From a virus, in the IMG/VR virus record IMGVR_UViG_3300036466_000585, positions 8,275 through 72,274 of that record: a stretch of DNA of 64,000 nucleotides; one strand, 5' to 3'. Shown one piece after another: positions 9,222-17,482 of the stretch. Numbering within the stretch: the stretch's first letter is position 1; each line of letters begins with the position of its first letter. The translations under genes were made by a program, and so were the position numbers. The notes below the pieces were generated by a model. That model saw nothing but the letters and a program-made list of their open reading frames with translations, did not search any database and was not told the DNA's origin.

Positions 9222-9233
9222 CAGGGGTAGGGG

Positions 9234-9448
9234 GATGCGGTGGCCGGTACTGATCTCCGGCCTGGACTTTCACCGCAGGGGCGGGGCGCGATCCCCGCAT
9301 TGTGTCGTCAGGCATTCATCCCAACCCGAGCGTACCGAGCTACCGGCATGCCCAGTTTTGGGCGGCTGCATCAAAGGCTTTCGTCCTGCCGTTTGCACGG
9401 CTTTTCCAGACGCACCTGCTGCGCATCAGCCTGCGCATTCACCGCATC
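9234..9448 (-). ncRNA. putative structured RNA with tRNA-like outer shell
   Basis: Perfect 9-bp closing stem (9234-9242/9440-9448), 6-bp arm TGCGCA-GGCTGA-TGCGCA and 5-bp arm GCCGG-AGATCAGTA-CCGGC. Confidence 0.5.
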
Positions 9449-9871
9449 GGGAAGGGCTCGAGCGCGGACCCTAGCCGTCTGCCGGGGCTACCCGCAGCAT
9501 TGCCGGTTAAATGCCGGGTGCTTCTAGGCGTCAGCCGTCGCCGACCCTGCTTGCAGGCCGAACCCTTCCCGATGGCCCCTGTTGCCAGGGGCCGGGCGTT
9601 ACTGAAGCCGTCGGTCGCCGATGATTGCGCGACCGCGACTCATGCCCGGTATTCTCAGCCCCGGGCGGGGCGCCAAGTGCCACTGTCGCAGCTGCCGCGT
9701 CTTGCTGGTGACACGTCGTGGAGTCGCTTTCCTCCGCGCTTGCCGGCGCTCGCCAGGGTCTACGGCATCCCACCGCGATTATCCTGACGACCCGCTAGGG
9801 TCGACGTGCCCGCCTGTCCGGCATGAGGCCGGATGGCGCCCCCTTACCAAGCCAGGGGGAGGCGTGACCAG

Positions 9872-9883
9872 TTGTTAAAGAGC
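9872..9883 (-). promoter_or_regulatory. boxA antitermination element (nutL-like)
   Basis: Minus strand GCTCTTTAACAA matches the NusB/S10 boxA consensus, near the start of the leftward operon. Confidence 0.8.
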
Positions 9884-9896
9884 CGTGGCGGCCGCG

Positions 9897-10205
9897 TCAG
9901 ATGACGACGGCCGGGATGTCGTCAAGACGCTTCGTCAGGCGCCGAGGCGCGTTGCGACGAAGGCTGTCTGGATGCCCGTCGCACATGGCGACGATGAGCA
10001 GCAGGCACAGCGGCTTGATGAATCCACGGCTGATGGAGAGGGCGACGAGGTGGGCAGTGTTACGTGCTCCTTCACGCTCGCAAGCGATCTGGAGATGGCG
10101 ACGAACCGTTGCCAGTGCGCAGCACAGGGTGTCGGCGACTTCCTGAGCGGTGTTGCCGCGTGCCAGGAGCTCGACTATCTGTGTTTGACGCTTGGTCAGG
10201 CTCAT
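9897..10205 (-). CDS. LuxR-type HTH regulator
   Basis: LTKRQTQIVELLARGNTAQEVADTLCCALATVRRHL...ARNTAHLV. Confidence 0.85.
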   Translation of the reverse strand: MSLTKRQTQIVELLARGNTAQEVADTLCCALATVRRHLQIACEREGARNTAHLVALSISRGFIKPLCLLLIVAMCDGHPDSLRRNAPRRLTKRLDDIPAVVI

Positions 10206-10221
10206 CTCGTCCGCCTCAACA

Positions 10222-10280
10222 ATCAACCGATGCGTTGATAGTAGGAGTCGAGGCGGAACCAGTCAACTATAGAATTGACT
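10222..10280. promoter_or_regulatory. candidate PL/operator region
   Basis: AT-rich; inverted repeats ATCAAC-N6-GTTGAT (10222-10239) and AGTCAA-N8-TTGACT (10261-10280). Confidence 0.35.
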
Positions 10281-10633
10281 TTCTACCGGGCGGGACGCCT
10301 AATTTTGGCGTAAAGAGTTGAATCTACAGTAGAAAAAAATTTCCCTGCACGCTCCTCCCTGAGTCGGTCGAAGGCGGTGTCCAAGCGGCGGAGGGCGTCG
10401 CGTGTCATCGTCCCTGACGCTGGTAAAGGCTGGTTGTTGCGGTTCTCCATTGGTACCCCACGGCATAGCTGTGCTGGCGGGTCTTTCCTGCCCGCTGAGC
10501 ACGGTGACTTGGTTGCGATGGCCCTCCCGGAGGGAAATTCCATTATATCGCCGGCTAACTGACTTTTGGGAAAGTCCGCAGTTGATTTCGGAGATTCAGG
10601 GGAATTCGGCCCAACAAGGACGGAGGCGGCGAG

Positions 10634-11692
10634 TTATCGCAAGACAAGGGAGGCGAGGTAATCGTAGGCAGCCCTGGCAGCACGAAAGTCGGCAGCCTGG
10701 CCGCCGCGGTCGGGGTGAGAGAGTCGGGCGGCGCGCCGGAAGGCAGCCTTGAGGGAGGCAAAGGGTAGCGGCCAGCTGTCGCGCGCAAGGCCAAGCGTGG
10801 CGAGCGCCCAGGAGAGGCTGTTCTCGGGGAGTTCGATCAAGGTGTCGAGTGGCGGTCTCGAGCCAGCATGATGATACTCGGGCGGGTGATCGTCGTTCAT
10901 GAAGGCATCGAAGTCGTCGTCGACCTCCTCGTCATAAGGCAGGAAGTCGGCGGGCGGCGCCACATGATAGGTGCGCCCGGTCGGGCGGTGCTCGACCTGC
11001 CCCGTCACCTCCAGCGTGTCCCGAGGCAGGGCGGCGATGTCGACCAAGTGAAGGCGCCAGGCCGGATGCAGGAAGCCGGCTGACGGCTGGAAGGGCAGGG
11101 CATCGACCAGGACGCGGCGGGGCGTGCGGCGAATGACGCGATGCAGGGTGTCGCGACCGTACCAGTCGCGGGCGTATAGCAGGGTCACGGTCGTCGGCTG
11201 GCAGCGCTCCGAGGCGGGACGAGCCGCCCTGGCAGTGAGGCGCTGGCGTGTGAGGTATCGCTGCAGGAAGGAGGTCGGGCGCCTGATCACATCGCCGCGG
11301 ACCACCGCCTGCAGGGGTGGGGCGTCGTCGTCGCGAAGCGCGAGTGGCGGCTGGCCGATGAGGTAGCTGGTCGGGCTGGCCCACACTGCCCATTGCCTGC
11401 CATGCGTGGACAGGAAGGGGCGAGCGTCTCCGGACAGCTCAGCCAGGTTGGCGTTGATGTGGTGATCAGGGCTGAAGCGCAGGCGTTTGGCCATGCCGAG
11501 CATGACGGCGGTGGCCAGCATGTCGGCCTGGTGGGCGGCATAGCCTGAAGTCAGCGGGGCTCGGCTCACGTCAGGGCTGGGCGCGATGTCCCACAGGCAC
11601 CACAGCCAGCCGCCGCGGCGCTCGGCCCAGGTTACCAGGTCGTGAGACCCCGCCCCGGGCAGGGCGACGACAGACAGATAGTGCTCCTTCAT
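10634..11692 (-). CDS. protein with C-terminal DnaJ (J) domain
   Basis: ALATLGL...LKAAFRRAARLSHPDRGGQAADFRAARAAYDYL (HPD motif); 8 nt downstream of repressor. Confidence 0.8.
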   Translation of the reverse strand: MKEHYLSVVALPGAGSHDLVTWAERRGGWLWCLWDIAPSPDVSRAPLTSGYAAHQADMLATAVMLGMAKRLRFSPDHHINANLAELSGDARPFLSTHGRQWAVWASPTSYLIGQPPLALRDDDAPPLQAVVRGDVIRRPTSFLQRYLTRQRLTARAARPASERCQPTTVTLLYARDWYGRDTLHRVIRRTPRRVLVDALPFQPSAGFLHPAWRLHLVDIAALPRDTLEVTGQVEHRPTGRTYHVAPPADFLPYDEEVDDDFDAFMNDDHPPEYHHAGSRPPLDTLIELPENSLSWALATLGLARDSWPLPFASLKAAFRRAARLSHPDRGGQAADFRAARAAYDYLASLVLR

Positions 11693-11700
11693 GGCAGTGG

Positions 11701-12207
11701 TTAGCCGTTGGCTTCCGTGCCGCCGTCAGTGCGCGACTGCCATTCGCGCTTCTTCTGAGACACCTCGAGCAACAGCTCGCCGCGCGCCTCGCTTTCCGTT
11801 CTGCCGGCTAGCAACAGGTCATGCGCCCGCCGCATTACCCACAAGAACTGCTCCATGGAGCCGTTGGGAAGGAGCTCGGATACCACCAGCTCGGTGACGT
11901 CGTAGGCGGTGCCGAGCAGCTGATCCGCCGGCCCAAAGCTGCCTTCTCCGCTCGAGACGCCGGTTCGCCCCGATAGCCAGGCCAGCGACACGCCGTAAAG
12001 GTCTGCCAGTCGTCGCAAGGTCTCGCGCTCCGGCTTCGACTTGCCCTTGGCCCACTTAGATACCGCCGCCGTGCCGGCGCCGGAGTCTTGAGCGATGACC
12101 TTCTGCATGCCGTAGACCTTCTCCCGGCGATGATGCTTGAGGGCGGACTCCAGGATCCGTTCCCAGACAAGGCGCTTCTCTTCTTCTTCCGAGGCAGGTC
12201 TCGGCAT
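11701..12207 (-). CDS. CI-like XRE-family repressor (no S24 peptidase domain seen)
   Basis: QKVIAQDSGAGTAAVSKWAKGKSKPERETLRRLADLYGVSLAWL; GGAGG RBS; divergent from cro-like genes. Confidence 0.8.
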   Translation of the reverse strand: MPRPASEEEEKRLVWERILESALKHHRREKVYGMQKVIAQDSGAGTAAVSKWAKGKSKPERETLRRLADLYGVSLAWLSGRTGVSSGEGSFGPADQLLGTAYDVTELVVSELLPNGSMEQFLWVMRRAHDLLLAGRTESEARGELLLEVSQKKREWQSRTDGGTEANG

Positions 12208-12254
12208 TGGCTTGTTCCTCCGCCATGCCAGCGATGGGTGGGTGATGAACGTCG

Positions 12255-12372
12255 AATCAACAATCGTTTGGTTGATTATAGGCGCCATTCCCGCCTTGCC
12301 AATTCATCGGAAACAACCATTTTTTTGCAGAATCAAATCTACGTGGCATACTCTCTACCATAATGTTGATTC
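12255..12372. promoter_or_regulatory. divergent PR/PRM-type control region
   Basis: AT-rich gap between cI and cro; AATCAAC-N9-GTTGATT; CATAAT -10-like hexamer near 12359. Confidence 0.45.
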
Positions 12373-12388
12373 TTCTGGTGGAAGGCCC

Positions 12389-12634
12389 GTGACGCAGAAC
12401 GCTAGCAAGGCAGAGATGCCGACCCTCCGAGAGCTCATCCGTGATTGCGGCGGCCCCACGGCCGTAGCGCGGGAGCTCGGCTGCTCGACGCAGAACGTTC
12501 ACAAGATGATTCAGCGCGGCCATCTGCCGTACTCCGAGCTTCGCGAGAGGTCTCGTGCCGATGTGCTGGCCGGGATGCAGCGGGAGGGAGGGCTTACGGC
12601 CGACCAGATTCGCCGAATTGGGTTCGGCATCTGA
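12389..12634 (+). CDS. Cro-like HTH protein 1 (alternative start 12416)
   Basis: LRELIRDCGGPTAVARELGCSTQNVHKM...G.LP. Confidence 0.75.
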   Translation: MTQNASKAEMPTLRELIRDCGGPTAVARELGCSTQNVHKMIQRGHLPYSELRERSRADVLAGMQREGGLTADQIRRIGFGI

Positions 12635-12648
12635 CAGGAGGTACGGCA

Positions 12649-12894
12649 ATGGTGGTTTCCAGTGTGTCAGAGCTGATCGACGTAGTGGGTAATGGTCGCC
12701 TGGCAGCGGCTTGCGACGTCCATCACGCCACTCCATGGCATTGGCGTACCAAGGGGCTTCCCGCGCAGCCCAAGCGCCGAGCCCAGCATTATCGCCGAGT
12801 GCTCGCCGATCTGGCGGGCATCAGCACGTCGGAACTCTCTCGGCTGGAAGCCGGGGAGGCGGTTGAGGTTTCCGATGTGCAAAACGCCGGGTAA
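12649..12894 (+). CDS. Cro-like HTH protein 2
   Basis: AGGAGG RBS; ELIDVVGNGRLAAACDVHHATPWHWRTKGLP. Confidence 0.65.
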   Translation: MVVSSVSELIDVVGNGRLAAACDVHHATPWHWRTKGLPAQPKRRAQHYRRVLADLAGISTSELSRLEAGEAVEVSDVQNAG

Positions 12895-12968
12895 TCCCCG
12901 GACACAACAACGCCCCGATCGGCTGCCACCGCGGGGCGTTGCTGCACACCTAGTTTGTGAGGTCCAGT

Positions 12969-13784
12969 ATGAATGAAAAGGCATCAAGCGTCCAGTTGAC
13001 TCCGTTCACGTTCGATGAACGTCAAGTCCGTGTGATTCAAGGCGAAGACGGCGAGCCGCGCTTCGCTGCCAAGGATGTGGCCGAGGCCCTTGGCTACGTC
13101 TGGAAGGGGCAGTCCGGCTCCCTTGGGCACGTTCCCGAGGAATGGAAAGGGGTCTGTTCCGTTCAGACCCCCTCCGGACGCCAGCAGATGGCTGCCCTGA
13201 CCGAGCAAGGCCTGTACTTCTTCGTCGCCCGTAGCGACAAGCCCAAGGCGCTACCCTTCCAGAAATGGCTGGCCGGCGAGGTGCTGCCCGCCATTCGCCA
13301 GACCGGCGGCTACCAGCTGCCCGCTACCCAGCCCGACCAGGCGCGCCTTACCGGCGAGCTGGCCCTGCTGGAGTGTTTCTGCACCCTGAACAACCCGGCG
13401 CCGTCGAGCCGTGTCGTGCTGCTGGAGAAAATCGGCAGCGCTCACGGGCTGAATACCGCCTGGCTGCCCGGCTATGTCGAAGACGCCCCCGAGAGCGGGC
13501 AGGGATCCCTGGACACCGATAGCGCCACCGCCCTGCTGGCCGAGTTTGGTGTGCGCATCACCACGCCGGTGTTCAACCAGCGCCTGGCCAGCATGGGTCT
13601 GCTCAAGCGTCGCAGCCGCAAGGCGCGCAGCGGCAGCAAGTCCTACTGGTGCGTGACCGACAAGGGCCAGGCCTACGGCAAGAACATCACCGCCCCGCAG
13701 TCGCCCCGCGAAACCCAGCCCCACTGGTACCGCGACCGCTTCCTCGACCTGCTGGCCCTGGTCGGCATGGAAGGTGCGGCATGA
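12969..13784 (+). CDS. BRO-N domain antirepressor-like protein
   Basis: FTFDERQVRVI..DGEPRFAAKDVAEALGY...LTEQGLY...SDKPKALPFQKWLAGEVLPAIRQTGGY; C-terminal SATALL...FNQRL...TQPHWY. Confidence 0.88.
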   Translation: MNEKASSVQLTPFTFDERQVRVIQGEDGEPRFAAKDVAEALGYVWKGQSGSLGHVPEEWKGVCSVQTPSGRQQMAALTEQGLYFFVARSDKPKALPFQKWLAGEVLPAIRQTGGYQLPATQPDQARLTGELALLECFCTLNNPAPSSRVVLLEKIGSAHGLNTAWLPGYVEDAPESGQGSLDTDSATALLAEFGVRITTPVFNQRLASMGLLKRRSRKARSGSKSYWCVTDKGQAYGKNITAPQSPRETQPHWYRDRFLDLLALVGMEGAA

Positions 13785-14683
13785 GCATCCGTCGTGCGCC
13801 ACGCCCGCAGAGCAATTTCTACATGCTCGACAAGCGGATAAGTGAGGATCGACGCCTGACGTGGGCTGCCCGCGGCCTGCTGGTGTTTCTGCTGGGCAAG
13901 CCCGACCACTGGGAGGTCAGCGTTAAGCACCTGATCAAGGAGACCGCAGATAGCGCCAAGCCATCGCGTCGGGATGCGGTCTACGGCCTGCTGCGTGAGC
14001 TCGAAGACGCGGGCTATCTGGAGCGCAGCCAGGGCCGCGGCCAGGGTGGCTCCTTCGGCAGTGCCGACTATGTCGTGCACGAGTCACCGTGTACGGAAAA
14101 TCCGGACACGGATGAGCCGCAACCGGATTCGCCGGATACGGCTCAACCGGATACGGCTCAACCGGATACGGCTCAACCGGATACGGCTCAACCGGATACG
14201 GCCAACCCGACACAAGTAAGTACTGAGGGGTTAGAGAGTATTGAGGGGTCAGGAAGTATTGACTCCCAGCAACAGGATGGCGAGCCCGATGCCGCACCTG
14301 CTGCTGATGCCGATAAGCCTGGCATCGCCCCGCTGGACGCTGCCTTCGAGACCTTCTGGCAAGCCGGCATGCGCAAGGCCAACCGCAAGGCGGCTCGCAA
14401 GGCCTTCGAGGCGGCTGCCAAGGCGGCTGACAGGCCTGTGGCGGAGTTCGCCCAGTTCCTGTCCGACGACATCGCCCGCCGCATCGCTGCCGAACAGCTC
14501 GGCTTCGATCGCATGCACCCCACGACCTACCTGAACGGCGAGCGCTGGGAAGACGACATGCCACCCCCGCCTGCCCAGACCAATGCCAAGCCCGGGCGAG
14601 CCGGTTTCGCCCAGCCCAAGCCTGCCGGCAGCTACCGCCCGGCCGATAACGACATGCCCCAGTGGGCCACGGAGGGATCATGA
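13781..14683 (+). CDS. replication initiator (lambda O analogue)
   Basis: NFYMLDKRISEDRRLTWAARGLLVFLLGKPDHW N-terminal HTH; internal repeats; C-terminal FETFW...HPTTYLNGERWED. Confidence 0.85.
   Translation: MSIRRAPRPQSNFYMLDKRISEDRRLTWAARGLLVFLLGKPDHWEVSVKHLIKETADSAKPSRRDAVYGLLRELEDAGYLERSQGRGQGGSFGSADYVVHESPCTENPDTDEPQPDSPDTAQPDTAQPDTAQPDTAQPDTANPTQVSTEGLESIEGSGSIDSQQQDGEPDAAPAADADKPGIAPLDAAFETFWQAGMRKANRKAARKAFEAAAKAADRPVAEFAQFLSDDIARRIAAEQLGFDRMHPTTYLNGERWEDDMPPPPAQTNAKPGRAGFAQPKPAGSYRPADNDMPQWATEGS
14132..14203 (+). repeat. 15-bp tandem repeat (iterons; probable replication origin)
   Basis: CCGGATACGGCTCAA x4 perfect plus a partial 5th; followed by 3 AGTA(C/T)TGA boxes at about 14219-14262. 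Confidence 0.8.
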
Positions 14684-15501
14684 GCCAGCACCTGACTACC
14701 ACCCCGGAAGTTCGCGGCCACCTGGCCAGCCTGATGGCCGGCAAGGCCAAGACGGCCGACAAGGCGTGCCGGATCCACGGCGACTACGCGGCGACCCTGA
14801 TGCCCAACGGCAAGTGGAGCGAGTGCCCGCAGTGCCTGGACGAGGACCTTCGAGCGCAGAGCCAGGCCGCCATCCGCGAGCAACGTTCGACGTCCGTGGA
14901 GCAGCGCCGCGCCAAGATGCGCGAAGGCGCCATGATCCCCAAGCGTTTCCGCAACCGCACCCTGGACGGCTACCAGACCGAGGACAGCCGCGACAAGGCC
15001 CGCGTGAAGGCCATCTGCCAGGCCTACGTCGATCGCTTCGACGACCGCTTGGCACAAGGTGGCGGCCTGGTGTTCGTCGGCGGCGTGGGTACCGGCAAGT
15101 CGCACCTCGCCTATGCCATTGGCAATGCCCTGCTGGATCGCGAGCACACCGTGCTGGGCATCGACGTCTACGAGCTCATCGACCTGGTGAAGGAGAAGGT
15201 CTACCGCGACGGCGGCATGTCCGAGCGTCAGGCCGTGCGCACCCTGGTGGACGGCCTCGACTTGCTGATCCTCGACGAGGTGGGCGCCCAGCTGGGTACC
15301 GACTGGGAGATGGTCATGCTCTTCAAGGTGATTAACGAGCGCTACAAGGAGGAGCTGCCGACCATCCTGATCTCCAACCTGGACAAGCCCGAGCTCGAGG
15401 GCTACCTGGGGCCCCGGGTCATGAGCCGCACCGAGGAGGGTGGCGGCACCACCCTGGTGCTCGACTGGGAAGACTACCGCAGCCGCGGCAAGGGGGCGTG
15501 A
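14680..15501 (+). CDS. DnaC/IstB-like ATPase (helicase loader)
   Basis: C..HG...CPQC, IPKRF, Walker A GGVGTGKSHLA, Walker B LLILDEVG, PTILISN. Confidence 0.92.
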   Translation: MSQHLTTTPEVRGHLASLMAGKAKTADKACRIHGDYAATLMPNGKWSECPQCLDEDLRAQSQAAIREQRSTSVEQRRAKMREGAMIPKRFRNRTLDGYQTEDSRDKARVKAICQAYVDRFDDRLAQGGGLVFVGGVGTGKSHLAYAIGNALLDREHTVLGIDVYELIDLVKEKVYRDGGMSERQAVRTLVDGLDLLILDEVGAQLGTDWEMVMLFKVINERYKEELPTILISNLDKPELEGYLGPRVMSRTEEGGGTTLVLDWEDYRSRGKGA

Positions 15502-16010
15502 CCATGACGCGATACGAGCGCGAGGCCCTGGCCGTCATCCGCGACGAGCACCGGCAGACGCGGCGCCCCGTCACGGAACGGATCATCCGCATTGGCTGCA
15601 ATGCCACGAGTCAAGCCGACGCGCGCGCCGTGAATCGCGCCCTGGGCCGCCTTCGTGACAAGGGACTGGTGGGCATGGCCTCAGGCGGCTGGCTGCCGAC
15701 GGCTCACGGCATGACTGCCGACCTGGAGGCCGTCGAGCGGGCTGAGGAGGCCAAGCCCGATCCCGCCCCGGAGAGCGTGGGCGTGGATCTCGCCAAAGGG
15801 CCCGACACCACTGCTGTCGCCACCATCGTTCGCCAGGAGCCGGCCGCGATGCCAGCCGAGCTCGTCAACCGTTGCGCTGCCATGCATCAGGCCCTGTGGA
15901 AGCATGCCACCGCGGCGTATGAGCGAGGGGATGCAGGGGCGGCCGGGGACCTCCTCTGGCTGGCGGAGACCGGCAAGCAACTGCTGGTCGCAGGAGGCGT
16001 CGAGGCATGA
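15498..16010 (+). CDS. hypothetical protein (winged-helix-like N-terminus)
   Basis: VNRALGRLRDKGLV; coupled to neighbours. Confidence 0.6.
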   Translation: MTMTRYEREALAVIRDEHRQTRRPVTERIIRIGCNATSQADARAVNRALGRLRDKGLVGMASGGWLPTAHGMTADLEAVERAEEAKPDPAPESVGVDLAKGPDTTAVATIVRQEPAAMPAELVNRCAAMHQALWKHATAAYERGDAGAAGDLLWLAETGKQLLVAGGVEA

Positions 16011-16465
16011 CCCGCACCGCTTCCGCCAACCAGGTCGAGTACGTGATCCAGCACCCGGGGCAGCTGGCCCCGGTCATGAGCCAGGCCATGGAGATGGCCG
16101 GCCGCGGCCTCAAGGGCGGCCCGGTGCGCGTGATCCTGACCCGCATCGAGGAGAAGCGCACCGACAGCCAGAACAAGAAGCTGTGGCCGATGCTGAACGA
16201 CCTCTCCGAGCAGGTCACCTGGTACGGCTACAAGCTCACGCCGGCAGAGTGGAAGGACTTCTCTACGGCGGCCCTGAAGCGCCATCGCATGGTGCCCGGC
16301 ATCGACGGGGGCATCGTCATGGTGGGGCTCAGCACCAGTCGCATGAGCAAGCGCGTGTTCTGCGACCTGATCGAGTGCATGTACGCCTTCGGTACCGAGC
16401 AGGGCGTCCAGTGGAGCGAGCCCGCGCTGGCCCTCTACGAGGAGTACAAGGAGGCCCGCCAATGA
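16007..16465 (+). CDS. ninB: NinB/Orf family recombination protein
   Basis: RTDSQNKKLWPMLNDLSEQVTWYG.KL...EWK...STSRMSK..F.DLIE...AFG..QGVQWS. Confidence 0.88.
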   Translation: MTRTASANQVEYVIQHPGQLAPVMSQAMEMAGRGLKGGPVRVILTRIEEKRTDSQNKKLWPMLNDLSEQVTWYGYKLTPAEWKDFSTAALKRHRMVPGIDGGIVMVGLSTSRMSKRVFCDLIECMYAFGTEQGVQWSEPALALYEEYKEARQ

Positions 16466-16809
16466 TCGCCAAGAGCAAGGCCTGGCGCAGCGAGCGCTAT
16501 CTGGCATGGGTGCGCAGCCTGCCGTGTTGCATGACCGGCGAGGAGGGCTGTGAGGCTCACCACGTCATCGGGCTGGGGTGGGGCCTGTCCGGCTGGGGCC
16601 TCAAGGCGCCCGACTCGTTCGTGATGCCCCTGACCCCGTGGGCGCATCGCATGGTGCACCAGCGCGCCGAGTGGCAGCCCTGGCAGGTGGAGTGGCTACA
16701 GCAGACCATCCGCGCCGGCCTGACCCACTTCGCCAACGACCCCGACATCCGCGAGCAGCTGACGCACGCGCTCGCCTTCATCGACGCCAGGGAGGGCGCT
16801 ACGGCATGA
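16462..16809 (+). CDS. DUF968-like His/Cys protein
   Basis: WRSERYLAWVRSLPCC..G...EAHHVIG...KAPDSFVMPL...H. Confidence 0.75.
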   Translation: MIAKSKAWRSERYLAWVRSLPCCMTGEEGCEAHHVIGLGWGLSGWGLKAPDSFVMPLTPWAHRMVHQRAEWQPWQVEWLQQTIRAGLTHFANDPDIREQLTHALAFIDAREGATA

Positions 16810-17276
16810 ACATCATCGGTATCGACCCCGGCAAGTCCGGCGGCATCGCCTCCATCAACGCCACCGGCCAGGCCTCCGGCGACGTGATGCCCATCATCGG
16901 CAAGGAGATCGATGGGCACGAGCTGGCCCGGATCCTCACCGCGACCGCCCCTGACCTGGTGATCATCGAGAAGGTCGGCGCCATGCCCAAGCAGGGCGTG
17001 ACGTCGACGTTCACCTTCGGGGCCGGCTATGGGCGCCTGCTGGGCGTGTGCGAGGCCCTGGGCATCCCGTATCGCCTGGTGACCCCGCAGGCCTGGAAGA
17101 AGCGCGTGCTCGCCGGTACCACCAAGGACAAGGAAGCCGCCATCGCGTTCGTGAAGCGGGCCTTCCCCATGGTCGACCTCACGCCGGGCAAGAAGCGGGT
17201 GCCCCATGACGGTATCGCCGACGCCGTGTGCCTGGCCGAGTACGGCCGCCAGCTCATGGCCAAGGGGGCGGCGTGA
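16806..17276 (+). CDS. RuvC-like Holliday junction resolvase
   Basis: IIGIDPG, IIEKV, TPQAWKK, DGIADA. Confidence 0.85.
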   Translation: MNIIGIDPGKSGGIASINATGQASGDVMPIIGKEIDGHELARILTATAPDLVIIEKVGAMPKQGVTSTFTFGAGYGRLLGVCEALGIPYRLVTPQAWKKRVLAGTTKDKEAAIAFVKRAFPMVDLTPGKKRVPHDGIADAVCLAEYGRQLMAKGAA

Positions 17277-17470
17277 AGGCGGGTCTCGAGTGGCAGAAGG
17301 TCAGCAACTACTGCATCCGGGCCGGGCAGTACCGCATCGCCAAGGTGGTGTTGTCCGGCGAGGAGTGGTTCGAGCTGCATGCCGGGGATGAACGCCTGGG
17401 CATGTGGCGCGGGAATGCGGCCGCCGCGAAACGGGCCGCGAAGGCGCACAGCAACGGCACATCGAGCTGA
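17273..17470 (+). CDS. hypothetical protein
   Basis: GTGA overlap with resolvase stop. Confidence 0.5.
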   Translation: MKAGLEWQKVSNYCIRAGQYRIAKVVLSGEEWFELHAGDERLGMWRGNAAAAKRAAKAHSNGTSS

Positions 17471-17482
17471 CACGGGGGTGGC

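Noticed and set aside
9164-9240. Functional full-length tRNA
   Set aside because: No 5' acceptor strand or 5' D-stem and no CCA; kept only as a remnant
9235-9878. Overlapping ORFs on both strands in the ORF track
   Set aside because: No RBS, atypical composition; region better explained by RNA structures
12895-12968. LexA/SOS box upstream of the antirepressor
   Set aside because: No CTGT-N8-ACAG seen; only a GC hairpin (CAACGCCCC/GGGGCGTTG)
14095-14135. Other GGAAAA hits (14095, 21763, 62888) as late promoters
   Set aside because: The hexamer at +29 is CGCCGG, TTCCGT or ATGATG and does not fit YANNNT; all are mid-gene (62888 fits only at 28 nt)
14132-14203. Tandem repeats as a CRISPR array
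   Set aside because: No spacers, 15-bp unit, in frame within a CDS, no cas genes
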